This document shows, in pieces, positions 1-10,073 of a stretch of DNA of 20,000 nucleotides. Origin of the DNA: an uncultured virus (IMG/VR IMGVR_UViG_3300036715_002708) (lineage: Duplodnaviria; Heunggongvirae; Uroviricota; Caudoviricetes); the IMG/VR virus record IMGVR_UViG_3300036715_002708. One strand, 5' to 3'. Both the position numbers and the translations under genes were made by a program. The notes beneath the pieces were generated by a model. That model worked only from the letters and a program-made list of their open reading frames with translations. It did not search any database and was not told where the DNA came from. Every line of letters starts with the position of its first letter. The first letter of the stretch is position 1.

Positions 1-882
1 AGTAATAATGCAACGACACTGGTTAAAAACGGGAAGCGGCCCATTCAATTGATAAGTAACCACTATTATAATGATATGTTGGACTGTCTACTTGGGTTCG
101 ACATATCGGCTAGTCAGTTTGGACTAAGACTATTAGAAAATGGAGATATTAACGTTGTAGAGCCAAACAGGCAGGTCTTTGACATTAAAGCTAAGAAGTT
201 TTTCTTAGTTCCTTCTTCCGTTGGTGACCCCAGAAATACGGTTAGGCGGCTATTGAAATATTCCAATCAATATAACATCACGCCTTTTTTCACCAAAGGA
301 ACCTACCAAGTTTTATCTCTAGCGGGTGAACTAGGAGCAAAGGATAATGAATCGTCCAAAAGTCAGTATTGCAAGGAAGACTATGCTTTCCCTATGAATC
401 TTTCCTCGATATGGACCGCTCCATATATTGACCTTGCGTCAGGAGAGATGAAGGACGTCCTAGGAGACATGACTGACTGCTATGGAAGTGTCTATGATTT
501 CTGGTTAGGCTTTAAACTGGCATTAGACAATAGACTGAAAGCTAATTGGAGTATGGAACATTGCACTAGCGTTGCAATGGACATGAATAACAGTTGCAAT
601 TTCTTATTCATACCTATTCACCAACGTTTTGGTTGTTGGCCAATCGTTAGTGATTTTATAAATGTAGCCCCAGACGCAGCCTATTATTTCCCGTCGCATT
701 ATCCGACGAGTGTAATTTTTAATAATGAGAGTGATTGGGGGCGGTTGGCTCAGGGTATCTATGACTTGACTACGGAAAACGACTTGGGACGAGCCATGAG
801 CGTTCTCATGCAGCTTTCTGCGTTTCTGGATATTAAGTTACCAATGATGAGAGACATTCCATGGGATGGAGATAAGGCATGA
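1..882 (+). CDS. Hypothetical protein, probably 5'-truncated by the window edge
   Basis: Frame is open from base 1 (agt aat aat gca...) through the TTG at 49 to TGA at 880-882; ATGA overlap with next gene; no recognisable motif. Confidence 0.75.
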   Translation, partial: SNNATTLVKNGKRPIQLISNHYYNDMLDCLLGFDISASQFGLRLLENGDINVVEPNRQVFDIKAKKFFLVPSSVGDPRNTVRRLLKYSNQYNITPFFTKGTYQVLSLAGELGAKDNESSKSQYCKEDYAFPMNLSSIWTAPYIDLASGEMKDVLGDMTDCYGSVYDFWLGFKLALDNRLKANWSMEHCTSVAMDMNNSCNFLFIPIHQRFGCWPIVSDFINVAPDAAYYFPSHYPTSVIFNNESDWGRLAQGIYDLTTENDLGRAMSVLMQLSAFLDIKLPMMRDIPWDGDKA

Positions 883-1364
883 TTATCGAAGATATCACTG
901 CCCTAGAAGAAAAGTTTAAGGAAGAAATGATACGCCGGTGTCCCAATGCTCATAATCCAATTGTTAAAATTGGAGTAGAGCTCAAATCTTCTATCAATAC
1001 CCCTAGCAGCAAGGAAATTGAAAACATACTCGTTAACATTCAATCAGACGAATATTATATTCAAGTCGGAGTTATGATAGACGTGAACCGCCGAGGGGAT
1101 ACAAAACAACAGTTTAACATTACGACTTGGCCATTAAACGAACGAGCGGTCAAAGAAGAAACTGTGCAGCTAAGCGATATCGTTGGGTTCCGTCTTACGT
1201 TTAGTTCTCCAGCATATTGTGTTCGGCAGTTTGAGAGCAACGGAAAGGACATTAACATTAGTTCAATCGTGGAAAACATTAATAGGCAAATAGAAATGCT
1301 ACAAGCGGTTGAGCAACTCCAACAGATCGTTAGGGGGATTATCCCAACGGCGGAGACAACATGA
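879..1364 (+). CDS. Hypothetical protein (161 aa)
   Basis: ATGA overlaps at both ends; GGAG/AAGG upstream. Confidence 0.75.
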   Translation: MIIEDITALEEKFKEEMIRRCPNAHNPIVKIGVELKSSINTPSSKEIENILVNIQSDEYYIQVGVMIDVNRRGDTKQQFNITTWPLNERAVKEETVQLSDIVGFRLTFSSPAYCVRQFESNGKDINISSIVENINRQIEMLQAVEQLQQIVRGIIPTAETT

Positions 1365-2227
1365 AGACAAATAAGATGACTATGTTCATCCAGACCAACC
1401 ATGGGAAAAAGAATATTGACGACAACGTAATGAGGTGGAATGATGAACTTGCCCGCATTTCTGCCATAAAGGAGCCTGTCGACGCTTGGACGAAAGCCGT
1501 AAAGACTGCCATTCTTAACCCTAGTATATGGAAATTGTTAGGCTATTATTCGGGAACGGTAGAGGAAAGGGAAGTAGCACCAGCATTCCTACTTTCAGGA
1601 CTCGAATACGTTATGATTGTTTTAGGCTTAGATAAAAACGACGTGGCCGAGATGGAAGTAAGCGTTTCCTCCCGTAGGTGGAAAAGTACTGGGACTCAGC
1701 CTCTAGAATGGAAATTATATGTTCAATTCGGAGACGGTATTTCTCCATCTGAAGGGAAAGAGGAGAATGGGGGCTATTTAGACTTGCAACTTATCTTTAA
1801 GCAGAGGCGACGGACTGTGGAGCTTGCAGAGATAAGCGCAAAATGCAATTTAGATTTCAACATTCCCGATTTTCTTGGTTGTAATATACAACTCATGATT
1901 AATAGCCAATTCTACCAGTCTGAGGGTAAGATGTTTCGTAATTTTAATGGGGATCAGATTGCAGTAGGAAACCCAGACATTGAGAAATTTAAAAGTACTA
2001 TCCTTGCTTCTAAGTGTTGTAACAGTAAAGCTGTGACTGATATCTTTAAGGGGTTCAAGTCAAGCATGGGAAGTACGCAGTCTTCCCTGGTTAAAGGAAC
2101 CCTCTTGAGTCTTTCTGGTATTAAGGAGAAGTCCGCTGAAGTGATTAGGGTTAGTGACAAAGAAGTCCATGTAGGTATGCCCCACTCCTATAGCTCTTAT
2201 GGTAATGTATTTATAATTAAGTTTTAA
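1361..2227 (+). CDS. Hypothetical protein (288 aa)
   Basis: Long ORF, GGAG upstream of start, ATGA-coupled to previous gene. Confidence 0.8.
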   Translation: MKTNKMTMFIQTNHGKKNIDDNVMRWNDELARISAIKEPVDAWTKAVKTAILNPSIWKLLGYYSGTVEEREVAPAFLLSGLEYVMIVLGLDKNDVAEMEVSVSSRRWKSTGTQPLEWKLYVQFGDGISPSEGKEENGGYLDLQLIFKQRRRTVELAEISAKCNLDFNIPDFLGCNIQLMINSQFYQSEGKMFRNFNGDQIAVGNPDIEKFKSTILASKCCNSKAVTDIFKGFKSSMGSTQSSLVKGTLLSLSGIKEKSAEVIRVSDKEVHVGMPHSYSSYGNVFIIKF

Positions 2228-2240
2228 TTCAGGAGGAATC

Positions 2241-3533
2241 ATGGAAAGCAAAGTTAGAACAAGATATATCGTTATTATCCCTAGGGGAGCAGGAAGTATA
2301 CAATACGTGGCAATGAACGCTATTGTCGGTACATTCTATAGTAGCGGGGCCAACAATAAGATATATGACTCTTTAGAGTTAATATTCCCAGGAGCTTATA
2401 AGCCTTTCCCAGAGAAAAGAGAGCTCATAGCTAAAGTTGCCGTGGAGGCCCTGTCATACGCTCGCAATGTTCGCATTAAATATACTAATTGCGAAGCAGA
2501 CGATGACGATCGTCACAGAATGGTGATTTTGGCTATTGCGAGTCATACGAAAAATAAGGACGTTTCTCATCTAGTTGTGCTGGAGAAATACCTTTCGGAA
2601 AAAGATATTATGGACCTTCCAACAACAGACAGCTCTAGGCATCGCACCTCGCCTGTCGGGATGGGGAACGTTCAGGGTGGCCCATCACAACAGCAGCAGC
2701 AATCGACTGGGTATATTTATATGCCTAAGAACGATATCCCTTTAATACTCAATAAGCACGAAGCCATGGTTCTTGATGATGTCCTTAACGCAATAGTTAA
2801 TCGCAAAAGAATTTTTGAAGACTATGGCCTAAACCAGGTGATGGATACTAACAGCATGTGTTTCTTGTTTCATGGCGCTCCTGGAACCGGAAAGACACAG
2901 GCTGCAAAGTATATAGCTAAGAAACTTAACATGCCTCTACTTGTGGTGGACCATAGTCAAATTGTTGATAAGTATGTTGGAGAAACTGAAAAGCGCATTG
3001 CTGAAGTTTTCAAGCGCGCAGAGCAGGAAAAGTGTATTCTCTTCTTTGATGAAGCCGACTCTTTGCTTGGGGCGCGCAGCGGAGCCGAGCACTCCTGGGA
3101 GATAAGCAAAGTTAACTCTCTTCTACAATCAATGGAAACATTTAACGGTGTAGCTATTTTTGCTACTAACTATGCGTCACAGTTAGACCAAGCTGTTAAT
3201 AGACGACTGTTGATGAAGGTAAACTTTGAACTCCCCGACCAAGAGGAGAGGGCTAAGATTTGGGAAGCTCTACTACCCGCTAAAATCCCCAAAGACCCGC
3301 TTGATTTTAAGGCTCTTGGTAAATATTTTATGACTGGAGGAGAGATTAAAAACGCTATTATCTCTGCTACAGTAGAAGTAGCTAAAACAAATGCCAAACT
3401 AAACATGGATACTCTAAACAAAATGGCAGCTAAAGTAATCGGGGAACGTCTCTTCGACCCATACAAAGAAGCCGACAAGGAGAGGTCTAAGAGAAGCCTC
3501 GGTTTTACTAATGTTCCCATGGAGCTCAAGTGA
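2241..3533 (+). CDS. AAA+ ATPase, classic clade, with uncharacterised N-terminal domain and Q-rich linker
   Basis: AGGAGG RBS at 2231-2236; Walker A GAPGTGKT, pore loop KYVGETEK, Walker B LFFDEAD, sensor-1 ATN, SRH LDQAVNRR, C-terminal SLGF. Confidence 0.92.
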   Translation: MESKVRTRYIVIIPRGAGSIQYVAMNAIVGTFYSSGANNKIYDSLELIFPGAYKPFPEKRELIAKVAVEALSYARNVRIKYTNCEADDDDRHRMVILAIASHTKNKDVSHLVVLEKYLSEKDIMDLPTTDSSRHRTSPVGMGNVQGGPSQQQQQSTGYIYMPKNDIPLILNKHEAMVLDDVLNAIVNRKRIFEDYGLNQVMDTNSMCFLFHGAPGTGKTQAAKYIAKKLNMPLLVVDHSQIVDKYVGETEKRIAEVFKRAEQEKCILFFDEADSLLGARSGAEHSWEISKVNSLLQSMETFNGVAIFATNYASQLDQAVNRRLLMKVNFELPDQEERAKIWEALLPAKIPKDPLDFKALGKYFMTGGEIKNAIISATVEVAKTNAKLNMDTLNKMAAKVIGERLFDPYKEADKERSKRSLGFTNVPMELK

Positions 3534-4180
3534 TTGAGAAAAATTGGTCCATCGATAAAAGCACTACGCTTAAGAAGATAATCAACGAAATAGCCACTAT
3601 AATTTTCAATGAGGTCCATACTTTCATTGCCGATGATAACGGATTAAACACTAAAAAGAAAATAGCTGATTACATTACCGACGCCCTTAAACATGACGAT
3701 TTTATTACAGTAGAGTATGTTCGTGCCGACTGCACCGTCGCATACCACATAGCTAAAACCTATGGCAATCGGATTACCTTTAGTAGTGCCTTTGACTTTC
3801 CCGTGTCTAAGACAATGGAAAACGCTGGGTCATATTCTATTAAGTTTGACCTAGACGAACAGTCAATCTGCATTGACACCTCCAAGGCAAATGGAATTAT
3901 TCAACTCTACGGAGCAGTTAACGGGATGATTGAAAGCATGTCCTCGTTTAATTCTGGAACCTCTGCTCCTGCAAAAGTAAGTGAGCTCTATAAGGTCATG
4001 GAGGAAAGCGGATTTGCGCTAGAAGGAGATAAAACCTGGACTAAGAAATGGCAGACGGAATACGGTCCAATCACTCTACACTTAAATTATAAAAATGATC
4101 TTACTGCTCTTACTGAACAAGATGTTTGTGCTGCTCAGTTAATCACAACTATTCTGGAGACCTTAAAGGTGAAATCATGA
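3530..4180 (+). CDS. Hypothetical protein (216 aa)
   Basis: GTG start overlapping upstream TGA, GGAG upstream. Confidence 0.75.
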   Translation: MIEKNWSIDKSTTLKKIINEIATIIFNEVHTFIADDNGLNTKKKIADYITDALKHDDFITVEYVRADCTVAYHIAKTYGNRITFSSAFDFPVSKTMENAGSYSIKFDLDEQSICIDTSKANGIIQLYGAVNGMIESMSSFNSGTSAPAKVSELYKVMEESGFALEGDKTWTKKWQTEYGPITLHLNYKNDLTALTEQDVCAAQLITTILETLKVKS

Positions 4181-4476
4181 CTGAAAACGAAATCAAGCCC
4201 ATAGAAGAACAGAAAACCGTTGTTAACGAAGTAGAAATTGTTTTGCAGAAGTTCCAAGATACCTCCAATATCTACTTCTGTAGTGAGTGCCGCAAGTTTA
4301 TTAGACCAGACGTAGAAAAGGGAGAGTTCTTTTGGTATGTTCCATTGACGGGAGCGACTCTATGTGGGACTGGTAGCTGCAAGCGGACTCATATGAGAAA
4401 GCTTCTCAAAAAAATTAGGCAGGCTGAAAATGTTGACCTAACAAAAAAAGAAGAAGACCCATCGGACGAGACCTGA
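4177..4476 (+). CDS. Small putative zinc-binding protein (99 aa)
   Basis: Start reassigned to ATG 4177 (ATGA overlap, AAGGTG upstream); CSEC...CGTGSC cysteine pattern. Confidence 0.65.
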   Translation: MTENEIKPIEEQKTVVNEVEIVLQKFQDTSNIYFCSECRKFIRPDVEKGEFFWYVPLTGATLCGTGSCKRTHMRKLLKKIRQAENVDLTKKEEDPSDET

Positions 4477-4583
4477 ATATACCTTATCCCGCCAACTGTA
4501 TTAGCACCTATCCACTCAATCACTTATATCGTTAAATCACCCAACAGTTACTTAACCCGTAGTACTGAAAAAGGAGAGAAATT

Positions 4584-5684
4584 ATGAAGATGAATATCGA
4601 AGACGCTAAGGCCGCAATCAAGTCACTCGACGTTACTATTCCAGTTTTCCTGTGGGGACCCCCTGGAGTGGGAAAGTCTGCACTTGTGAAGCAGCTTGCC
4701 GAGGAAGTCGGAATGGGATTCAAAGATGTCCGCCTCACTACCATTGACCCAACTGACCTTCGAGGTCTGCCATATATTTATGAGGGCAGGGCGTATTGGG
4801 CAAACCCAGTAATCTTGCCACAGAGGGCAGACGAAAAGAACGGAATAAAGGGAGATGAGGAACATGGATATTTGCTCTTAGATGAATTGAATTCTGCTCA
4901 CACTACCATTCAGGCTGGCGCCTATCAGTTGGTGCTTGACCGTAGGGTTGGTGAATATATTCTTCCCGATGGGTGGCGCATTATCGCTGCCGGTAACAGA
5001 GAAGAGGACCGTGGTGTTACTTTCCAGATGCCTCGCCCCCTACAGAATAGATTTGTCCATATTGAGATTGAGGTTGACAAAAAGATCTGGGTCAATTGGG
5101 CCATGAAGTCTGGAGTGTCACCAACTGTTATAGCTTTTATTGAGTCCCAACCTGGAATGCTTAACCCGCAGGATAAGGATAAAACGAAAAAGGCTTTCCC
5201 CACTCCTCGCACCTGGGAGTATTCCAGCCGTATTATTGAAACGGTAAAGAATGAAGACTTACTCATCCCATTGCTCCAGGGCACTATTGGAGATGCGGCA
5301 AGCCACCAATTTGTAAGTTTCCTTAAGCTGCGCCACAAGCTTCCAAATCTGGACAAGATTTTTGCTGGAAAGCAGGAGGAGTTGCCAACTGAGACCTCTC
5401 TTCAGTATGCTTTTTATGCTGCCCTTTGTGGCAAAGTGGATGATTTGGTCAAGGAAAAGGGCATCACTAAGCTCACTAAAGATGATAAGTTTATCGGTGG
5501 TTTGGTATATTGCATCACCAAATTGGAAAGAGAGTTTGTAGAGCTTATCGTTCGTCATCTTTCTGAAAGGCAGGGTCAGCTTTTTGTCTCTATAATCAAA
5601 ACCGCACCCGCTCTCGCAAAAGAACTCACTAAAATGTATGGTGAGATGATGACGGTTAGCATGAAATTCGGTGGTGGGAAATAG
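4584..5684 (+). CDS. MoxR-type AAA+ ATPase (copy 1)
   Basis: AAGGAG RBS; Walker A GPPGVGKS, DLRGLP motif, Walker B LLDELN, AAGN sensor-1, LQNRF arginine finger, PTPRTW; adjacent to a vWA gene. Confidence 0.9.
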   Translation: MKMNIEDAKAAIKSLDVTIPVFLWGPPGVGKSALVKQLAEEVGMGFKDVRLTTIDPTDLRGLPYIYEGRAYWANPVILPQRADEKNGIKGDEEHGYLLLDELNSAHTTIQAGAYQLVLDRRVGEYILPDGWRIIAAGNREEDRGVTFQMPRPLQNRFVHIEIEVDKKIWVNWAMKSGVSPTVIAFIESQPGMLNPQDKDKTKKAFPTPRTWEYSSRIIETVKNEDLLIPLLQGTIGDAASHQFVSFLKLRHKLPNLDKIFAGKQEELPTETSLQYAFYAALCGKVDDLVKEKGITKLTKDDKFIGGLVYCITKLEREFVELIVRHLSERQGQLFVSIIKTAPALAKELTKMYGEMMTVSMKFGGGK

Positions 5685-5694
5685 AACGGTTTGG

Positions 5695-5703
5695 TGCTAT
5701 ATT
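5695..5703 (+). promoter_or_regulatory. Possible extended -10 promoter element (TGcTATATT)
   Basis: TGnTATATT in the intergenic gap; same -10 hexamer as at 6992 and 19840; no good -35. Confidence 0.35.
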
Positions 5704-5704
5704 T

Positions 5705-5732
5705 AAGGGAGTGGGAATTACCCCACTCCCTT
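5705..5732 (+). terminator. GC-rich hairpin; weak intrinsic terminator or mRNA-stabilising stem-loop between MoxR and vWA genes
   Basis: AAGGGAGTGGG / CCCACTCCCTT 11-bp perfect stem with AATTAC loop; only a short T tail. Confidence 0.5.
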
Positions 5733-5770
5733 TAACTGGGTGTTAGCTGAAGTAGATATAGGAGTTAAAA

Positions 5771-6988
5771 ATGGCAGATTTTCTGGCTGGTAAAAGCGAT
5801 TCTGAAATTGCAAAGATTAAAATAGCGGCAGCTAAGAGAGAAGCTCATTCTAAATGTCCTTTCTTTGCGTTTCTTTTATTCGCTCCTAATTATAAAGAAA
5901 TGCCAGACGAACTATGGACCAGTAGAGGCGGAGAGCCAACGATGGCAACTGACGGAGAGAATATTCTATATTCCGTTCAGTTTGTCAAGAACATTCCTAT
6001 TGACCAGCTTATTGGCGTTCTTATACATGAAGTGTTGCACTGCGCTTTACTTCACGTCGTTAGAAAGGGTGTTCGTGATATTATTAAGTGGAACTATGCT
6101 ATAGATTATGCTACCAATTCCATCATAACAAAAAATAATATAAGCCTCCCACCCGGAAGCCTATACGACCCGAAATATAATGACAAGAGTGCTGAAGAGA
6201 TTTATATCGACATCTCTAAAAATCCGCCAAATATAAAGAAAGTAAAAATGTTTGACATGCATATGTTTGGAGACGATAAAGACGACAAGAAAAAGAACAA
6301 TGGTGGAGGCCAGAGTTCTAGTGAAAAGTTCAAGGAGCAGATGTGGAAGTCTCACCTCGCTAACGCCGCTGTTCAGGCACGCCAACAGGGGAAGCTCCCA
6401 GCTGGGATGGAACGTATTATCGAAGGAGTTCTGGAAGATAAGATTCCTTGGCAGCAAATGCTTGCTCGCTATTTAAGCCCATTTGCTCTAAAAACTGATT
6501 ATGATTGGTGCAAGCCTAATAAAAAGATGCTCCAGTCTGGTATCGTTCTTCCTGGGTTTAGCTCCGAAAGTCTCGAGATAGCAGTAGGAGTAGATACTTC
6601 TGGATCTATCAGCGAAAAAGACATCCAGTGTTTCCTTGGTGAAGTTCGAGGAATTATGAGTGTGGCTCAGTCTTATAACATTCATATTATCGGATGTGAT
6701 GCAGCCGCTAATGAAGAAAATTATCATCTTGTCACAGAATGTGACCCAACCCTTCCCAAAGGTCTTGGAGGCGGGGGCGGAACTGATTTTCGTCCCGTCT
6801 TTGACCTTGTGGAAAAGAAGGGTATCAGGCCGGCTGTACTTGTTTATTTCACCGATGGGTATGGAACATTCCCTGAAAAGCCCCCAGCATATGACGTTAT
6901 CTGGTGTGTAGTTCCTGGTGGAGTAGGCGCCGAACAGATTCCATGGGGCATGTATGTCAAGACAGAGTTTGAGCAAGAAGAAGGTTAG
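5771..6988 (+). CDS. HExxH metallopeptidase-like plus vWA domain protein (DUF2201-like), partner of MoxR copy 1
   Basis: AGGAG RBS; TMATDG, HEVLH zincin motif, WNYAID, MIDAS VDTSGS, GGGGTDF, YFTDGYG. Confidence 0.9.
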   Translation: MADFLAGKSDSEIAKIKIAAAKREAHSKCPFFAFLLFAPNYKEMPDELWTSRGGEPTMATDGENILYSVQFVKNIPIDQLIGVLIHEVLHCALLHVVRKGVRDIIKWNYAIDYATNSIITKNNISLPPGSLYDPKYNDKSAEEIYIDISKNPPNIKKVKMFDMHMFGDDKDDKKKNNGGGQSSSEKFKEQMWKSHLANAAVQARQQGKLPAGMERIIEGVLEDKIPWQQMLARYLSPFALKTDYDWCKPNKKMLQSGIVLPGFSSESLEIAVGVDTSGSISEKDIQCFLGEVRGIMSVAQSYNIHIIGCDAAANEENYHLVTECDPTLPKGLGGGGGTDFRPVFDLVEKKGIRPAVLVYFTDGYGTFPEKPPAYDVIWCVVPGGVGAEQIPWGMYVKTEFEQEEG

Positions 6989-6997
6989 CTGTATATT
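6969..6997 (+). promoter_or_regulatory. Putative sigma70-type promoter
   Basis: TTGAGC (6969-6974), 17-bp spacer, TATATT (6992-6997), upstream of the small-gene and RCC1 block. Confidence 0.5.
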
Positions 6998-7009
6998 TAA
7001 AGGATAGAG

Positions 7010-7031
7010 TGGGCCGCCTGCAGGCGGCCCA
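7010..7031. repeat. Perfect 22-bp GC-rich palindrome
   Basis: TGGGCCGCCTGCAGGCGGCCCA is its own reverse complement; lies directly before the GAAAGGA RBS. Confidence 0.9.
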
Positions 7032-7044
7032 GAAAGGAAATAAA

Positions 7045-7233
7045 ATGCCAGATAGATTTATTTATAGCAATACGGGAGCACTTGCCTACCGAGTTTCGGA
7101 CCAGGGGAGTAGTATCTTTATATATAATGCCCAAGGCCAATTAGCGTATAGATACGACCGAGCTGCAAACATTACATATGATGCAACAGGTGGAATTGTT
7201 ATGTTCGGTTCTATCCTACCGAACCTATCATAA
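7045..7233 (+). CDS. Small beta-hairpin repeat protein (62 aa)
   Basis: Start reassigned to ATG 7045 after AAAGGA; internal repeats FIYSNTGALAYR / FIYNAQGQLAYR / ITYDATGGIV. Confidence 0.65.
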   Translation: MPDRFIYSNTGALAYRVSDQGSSIFIYNAQGQLAYRYDRAANITYDATGGIVMFGSILPNLS

Positions 7234-7451
7234 TGCTTCCTAACATGTGGTGGGGATATCTTCACTCGAATGGAACTATTCAAGTCAAAAGATGGTGGGG
7301 AAACCGCGCAGACTATACCACTGATTGTGAAAATAGTCCCTTTGTTGTTAGCGTAGTCCAACCCTTTGAGGCTAATAGTAGAGAGGACGCTATGCAGATT
7401 GCACGTGCGCATTTGTTTCCAATCCCGCACATCATTCCAAAACACCAATGA
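7233..7451 (+). CDS. Hypothetical protein (72 aa)
   Basis: TAATG overlap with upstream gene; Trp/Tyr-rich small protein. Confidence 0.6.
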   Translation: MLPNMWWGYLHSNGTIQVKRWWGNRADYTTDCENSPFVVSVVQPFEANSREDAMQIARAHLFPIPHIIPKHQ

Positions 7452-7525
7452 ACGCATTGTTGAACTTTTGGCCTCGAAAAAATGATGAATATTAAAGAAG
7501 CCGCATATAAGGACAGTAGGAGCTG

Positions 7526-7801
7526 GTGGTGAGCAAGAAACATATAAATAGAGAACAAGAGCGACAGACAGTGAGACAAGAACAAAACTACGCGAACACA
7601 CAGCGAATGCCGCTAGAACCACCTCGTTATGTTAAGCCTCCAGATTTCGATATTGTGATAGAGGGCTATGTTCCTTTCGGTGTTTTATGGAACAATATAA
7701 AAACTGAATGGCATAGCCGCTGGGATACTTTCACAAATGTCATCAAGCAACGAATAGTGAAATATCTGGTATCATGGCACCAACAAAACAGAAACCTATG
7801 A
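7526..7801 (+). CDS. Hypothetical protein (about 90 aa)
   Basis: AGGAG upstream of GTG (start 7526 or 7529). Confidence 0.55.
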   Translation: MVSKKHINREQERQTVRQEQNYANTQRMPLEPPRYVKPPDFDIVIEGYVPFGVLWNNIKTEWHSRWDTFTNVIKQRIVKYLVSWHQQNRNL

Positions 7802-7809
7802 GCGACGAA

Positions 7810-8919
7810 ATGAAATCGAGAAAGAGGAGAAGTGAAGTAGGTAACACTAGCTCTATTGCTTCAGTTTTAGAATTATCAAAAATTGTGTTCCTTATCGGTG
7901 GTGATTTCCTTACCTTGAAAAAAGACGGAACGGTCTGGGCCTGGGGGAAGTACAATGGCAATGGCCAACTCGGTAACGGGACAAACACCGAGAGCAATGT
8001 TCCCGTCCAAGTTTCAGGGCTCACTGGGGTAACGGCCATCGCGGGGGGCGGTGCACATTCCCTCGCCTTGAAAAACGATGGTACGGTTTGGGCCTGGGGG
8101 TATAACGGCGATGGCGAGCTTGGCAACGGGACCAACATCAATAGTAATGTCCCCGTTCAAGTCTCAGGGCTCACGGGAATCACAGCTATCTCAGCGGGCC
8201 ATTCTCATTCACTCGCCTTGAAAAATGACGGTACGGTCTGGGCCTGGGGGTGGAACGGTTGGGGCCAACTCGGCAACGGGATCTGGGACAATAGCCAAGT
8301 TCCTGTTCGCGTTGCTGGGCTTACCCACATTATAGCTATCTCTTCTGGCTACACGCATTCCATTGCCCTGAAAGACGATGGAACGGTCTGGGCGTGGGGA
8401 TATAACAAATATGGACAACTCGGCAACGGAACTAGGGACGATAGCTATGTCCCCGTTCAAGTTGCAGGACTTACAGGGATTACGGCCATCGCCGGAGGTA
8501 ATGACTATTCCCTCGCCTTGAAAAATGATGGGACGGTATGGGCCTGGGGGTGTAATTATTGGGGTCAACTCGGCAACGGGACCTATACAGACAGAGATCT
8601 CCCAGTTCAAGTTTCATGGCTCACTGACGTTACGGCCATTGTTGGAAGTGGCGACCATTCCCTTGCCTTGAAAAACGACGGCACGGTCTGGGCCTGGGGG
8701 TATAACGGCGAAGGCGAGCTTGGCAACGGGACCAACACGTGTAGCAATGTCCCCGTCCAGGTTTCAGGGCTTACCGGGGTCACCGCCATCGCGGGAGGTG
8801 GGGGACATTCCCTCGCCTTCAAAAATGATGGGACAATCTGGACCTGGGGACGTAATAATTACGACCAACTCGGTAACTGGGGCAACACCGATAGCAATGT
8901 CCCCGTTCAGGTAACTTAG
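7810..8919 (+). CDS. RCC1-repeat beta-propeller protein 1 (7 repeats)
   Basis: Seven ~50-aa repeats of consensus [48 protein letters not shown]; start 7810 (MKS) chosen by analogy with paralogues, 7798 is an alternative. Confidence 0.92.
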   Translation: MKSRKRRSEVGNTSSIASVLELSKIVFLIGGDFLTLKKDGTVWAWGKYNGNGQLGNGTNTESNVPVQVSGLTGVTAIAGGGAHSLALKNDGTVWAWGYNGDGELGNGTNINSNVPVQVSGLTGITAISAGHSHSLALKNDGTVWAWGWNGWGQLGNGIWDNSQVPVRVAGLTHIIAISSGYTHSIALKDDGTVWAWGYNKYGQLGNGTRDDSYVPVQVAGLTGITAIAGGNDYSLALKNDGTVWAWGCNYWGQLGNGTYTDRDLPVQVSWLTDVTAIVGSGDHSLALKNDGTVWAWGYNGEGELGNGTNTCSNVPVQVSGLTGVTAIAGGGGHSLAFKNDGTIWTWGRNNYDQLGNWGNTDSNVPVQVT

Positions 8920-9022
8920 TATAACGCCTAGTTTTCGAGTCAATGGTCGAAGATTCTGTGATATCATCAGTGCGTAATAGATTAGAAACGTTTGCACCAC
9001 TTGAGCAGAAAGTGACAGTCAA
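8920..9022 (+). repeat. Conserved intergenic spacer, copy 1
   Basis: Aligns with 9971-10073 and 12340-12436; shared blocks TAAC, TCGAGTCAAT, ATTAGARACGTTTGCA, TTGAGCAGAAAG. Confidence 0.9.
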
Positions 9023-9970
9023 ATGAAATCGGTCGGGATTGCAAAACTATTTGATACATCTTCAGTTCCAGTGACCATTATATTCGGTAATGGATTGGGG
9101 CATGTTATTGCTTTTCAGAGTGATGGGACGGTTTGTATTGGGGGAGGAGGTAACGGTACCGACGAACTTACAAACAAAATCAACACCAATAACAAGGTTC
9201 TAACCCCGATTTCGAGGCTCACGGGGATTACGGCTGTCGCGAAGGGCTTTTCCCATTCCCTCGCCTTGAAAGATGACGGGACGGTATGGGCCTGGGGTGC
9301 TAATAGTTACGGCCAGCTTGGCAATGGGATCTGGGACAGTAGCGGTCTCCCCGTTCAGGTTTCAGGGCTTACCGGCGTTACGGCCATCTCGGTGGGCGGT
9401 AACCATTCTCTTGCCTTGAGAAATGACAGAACTGTCTGGGCGTGGGGGCGCAATAATCACGGCGAAATCGGTAACGGGACGAATACCAATAGCAATATCC
9501 CCGTTCAGGTTTCAGGGCTCACGGGGATCACGACCATCACTGGGGGCGGATATCATTCCCTTGCCTTGAAAAATGACGGTACGGTCTGGGCCTGGGGGGG
9601 TAACTGGGACGGCCAACTCGGCAACGGGACTAGGGATGATAGCAATGTTCCTATTCAAGTTTCAGGGCTCACTGGGATTACGGACATCGTTGGGGGTGGT
9701 TGGCATTCCCTCGCCTTAAAAAACGACGGTACGGTCTGGGCCTGGGGGTGGAACGGTTGGGGCCAACTCGGCAACGGGGTCTCGGGCAACAATAACAATC
9801 TTCCAGCTCAGGTTTCAGGGCTTATAGGGATCACGGCCATCACGGGGGGCGGTGCACATTCCATCGCATTGAAAAGTGATGGGACGGTCTGGGCGTGGGG
9901 GCGCAATAATCACGGCCAACGCGGTAATGGAGCCAACACCGATAGCAATGTCCCAGTTCAGGTGACTTAG
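9023..9970 (+). CDS. RCC1-repeat beta-propeller protein 2 (6 repeats, first degenerate)
   Basis: Same repeat consensus; ends PVQVT-stop like protein 1. Confidence 0.92.
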   Translation: MKSVGIAKLFDTSSVPVTIIFGNGLGHVIAFQSDGTVCIGGGGNGTDELTNKINTNNKVLTPISRLTGITAVAKGFSHSLALKDDGTVWAWGANSYGQLGNGIWDSSGLPVQVSGLTGVTAISVGGNHSLALRNDRTVWAWGRNNHGEIGNGTNTNSNIPVQVSGLTGITTITGGGYHSLALKNDGTVWAWGGNWDGQLGNGTRDDSNVPIQVSGLTGITDIVGGGWHSLALKNDGTVWAWGWNGWGQLGNGVSGNNNNLPAQVSGLIGITAITGGGAHSIALKSDGTVWAWGRNNHGQRGNGANTDSNVPVQVT

Positions 9971-10073
9971 TATAACAGCTAATTGTCGAGTCAATGGTCG
10001 CAGATTATGTAATATCACCAGTGCGTAGGGAATTAGAGACGTTTGCATCATTTGAGCAGAAAGGAACAGTCAA
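9971..10073 (+). repeat. Conserved intergenic spacer, copy 2
   Basis: 103 bp, same length as and colinear with copy 1. Confidence 0.9.

Noticed and set aside
4474..4587. TGA read-through of the zinc-finger gene: frame stays open for 36 codons to the ATGA overlapping the MoxR start
   Set aside because: TGA is a normal stop elsewhere in the window and an open stretch this short can arise by chance; homologue lengths would be needed.
7810..7830. KSRKRR as a nuclear localisation signal implying a eukaryotic target
   Set aside because: Short basic N-termini are common, the paralogues lack it, and the expression signals are bacterial.
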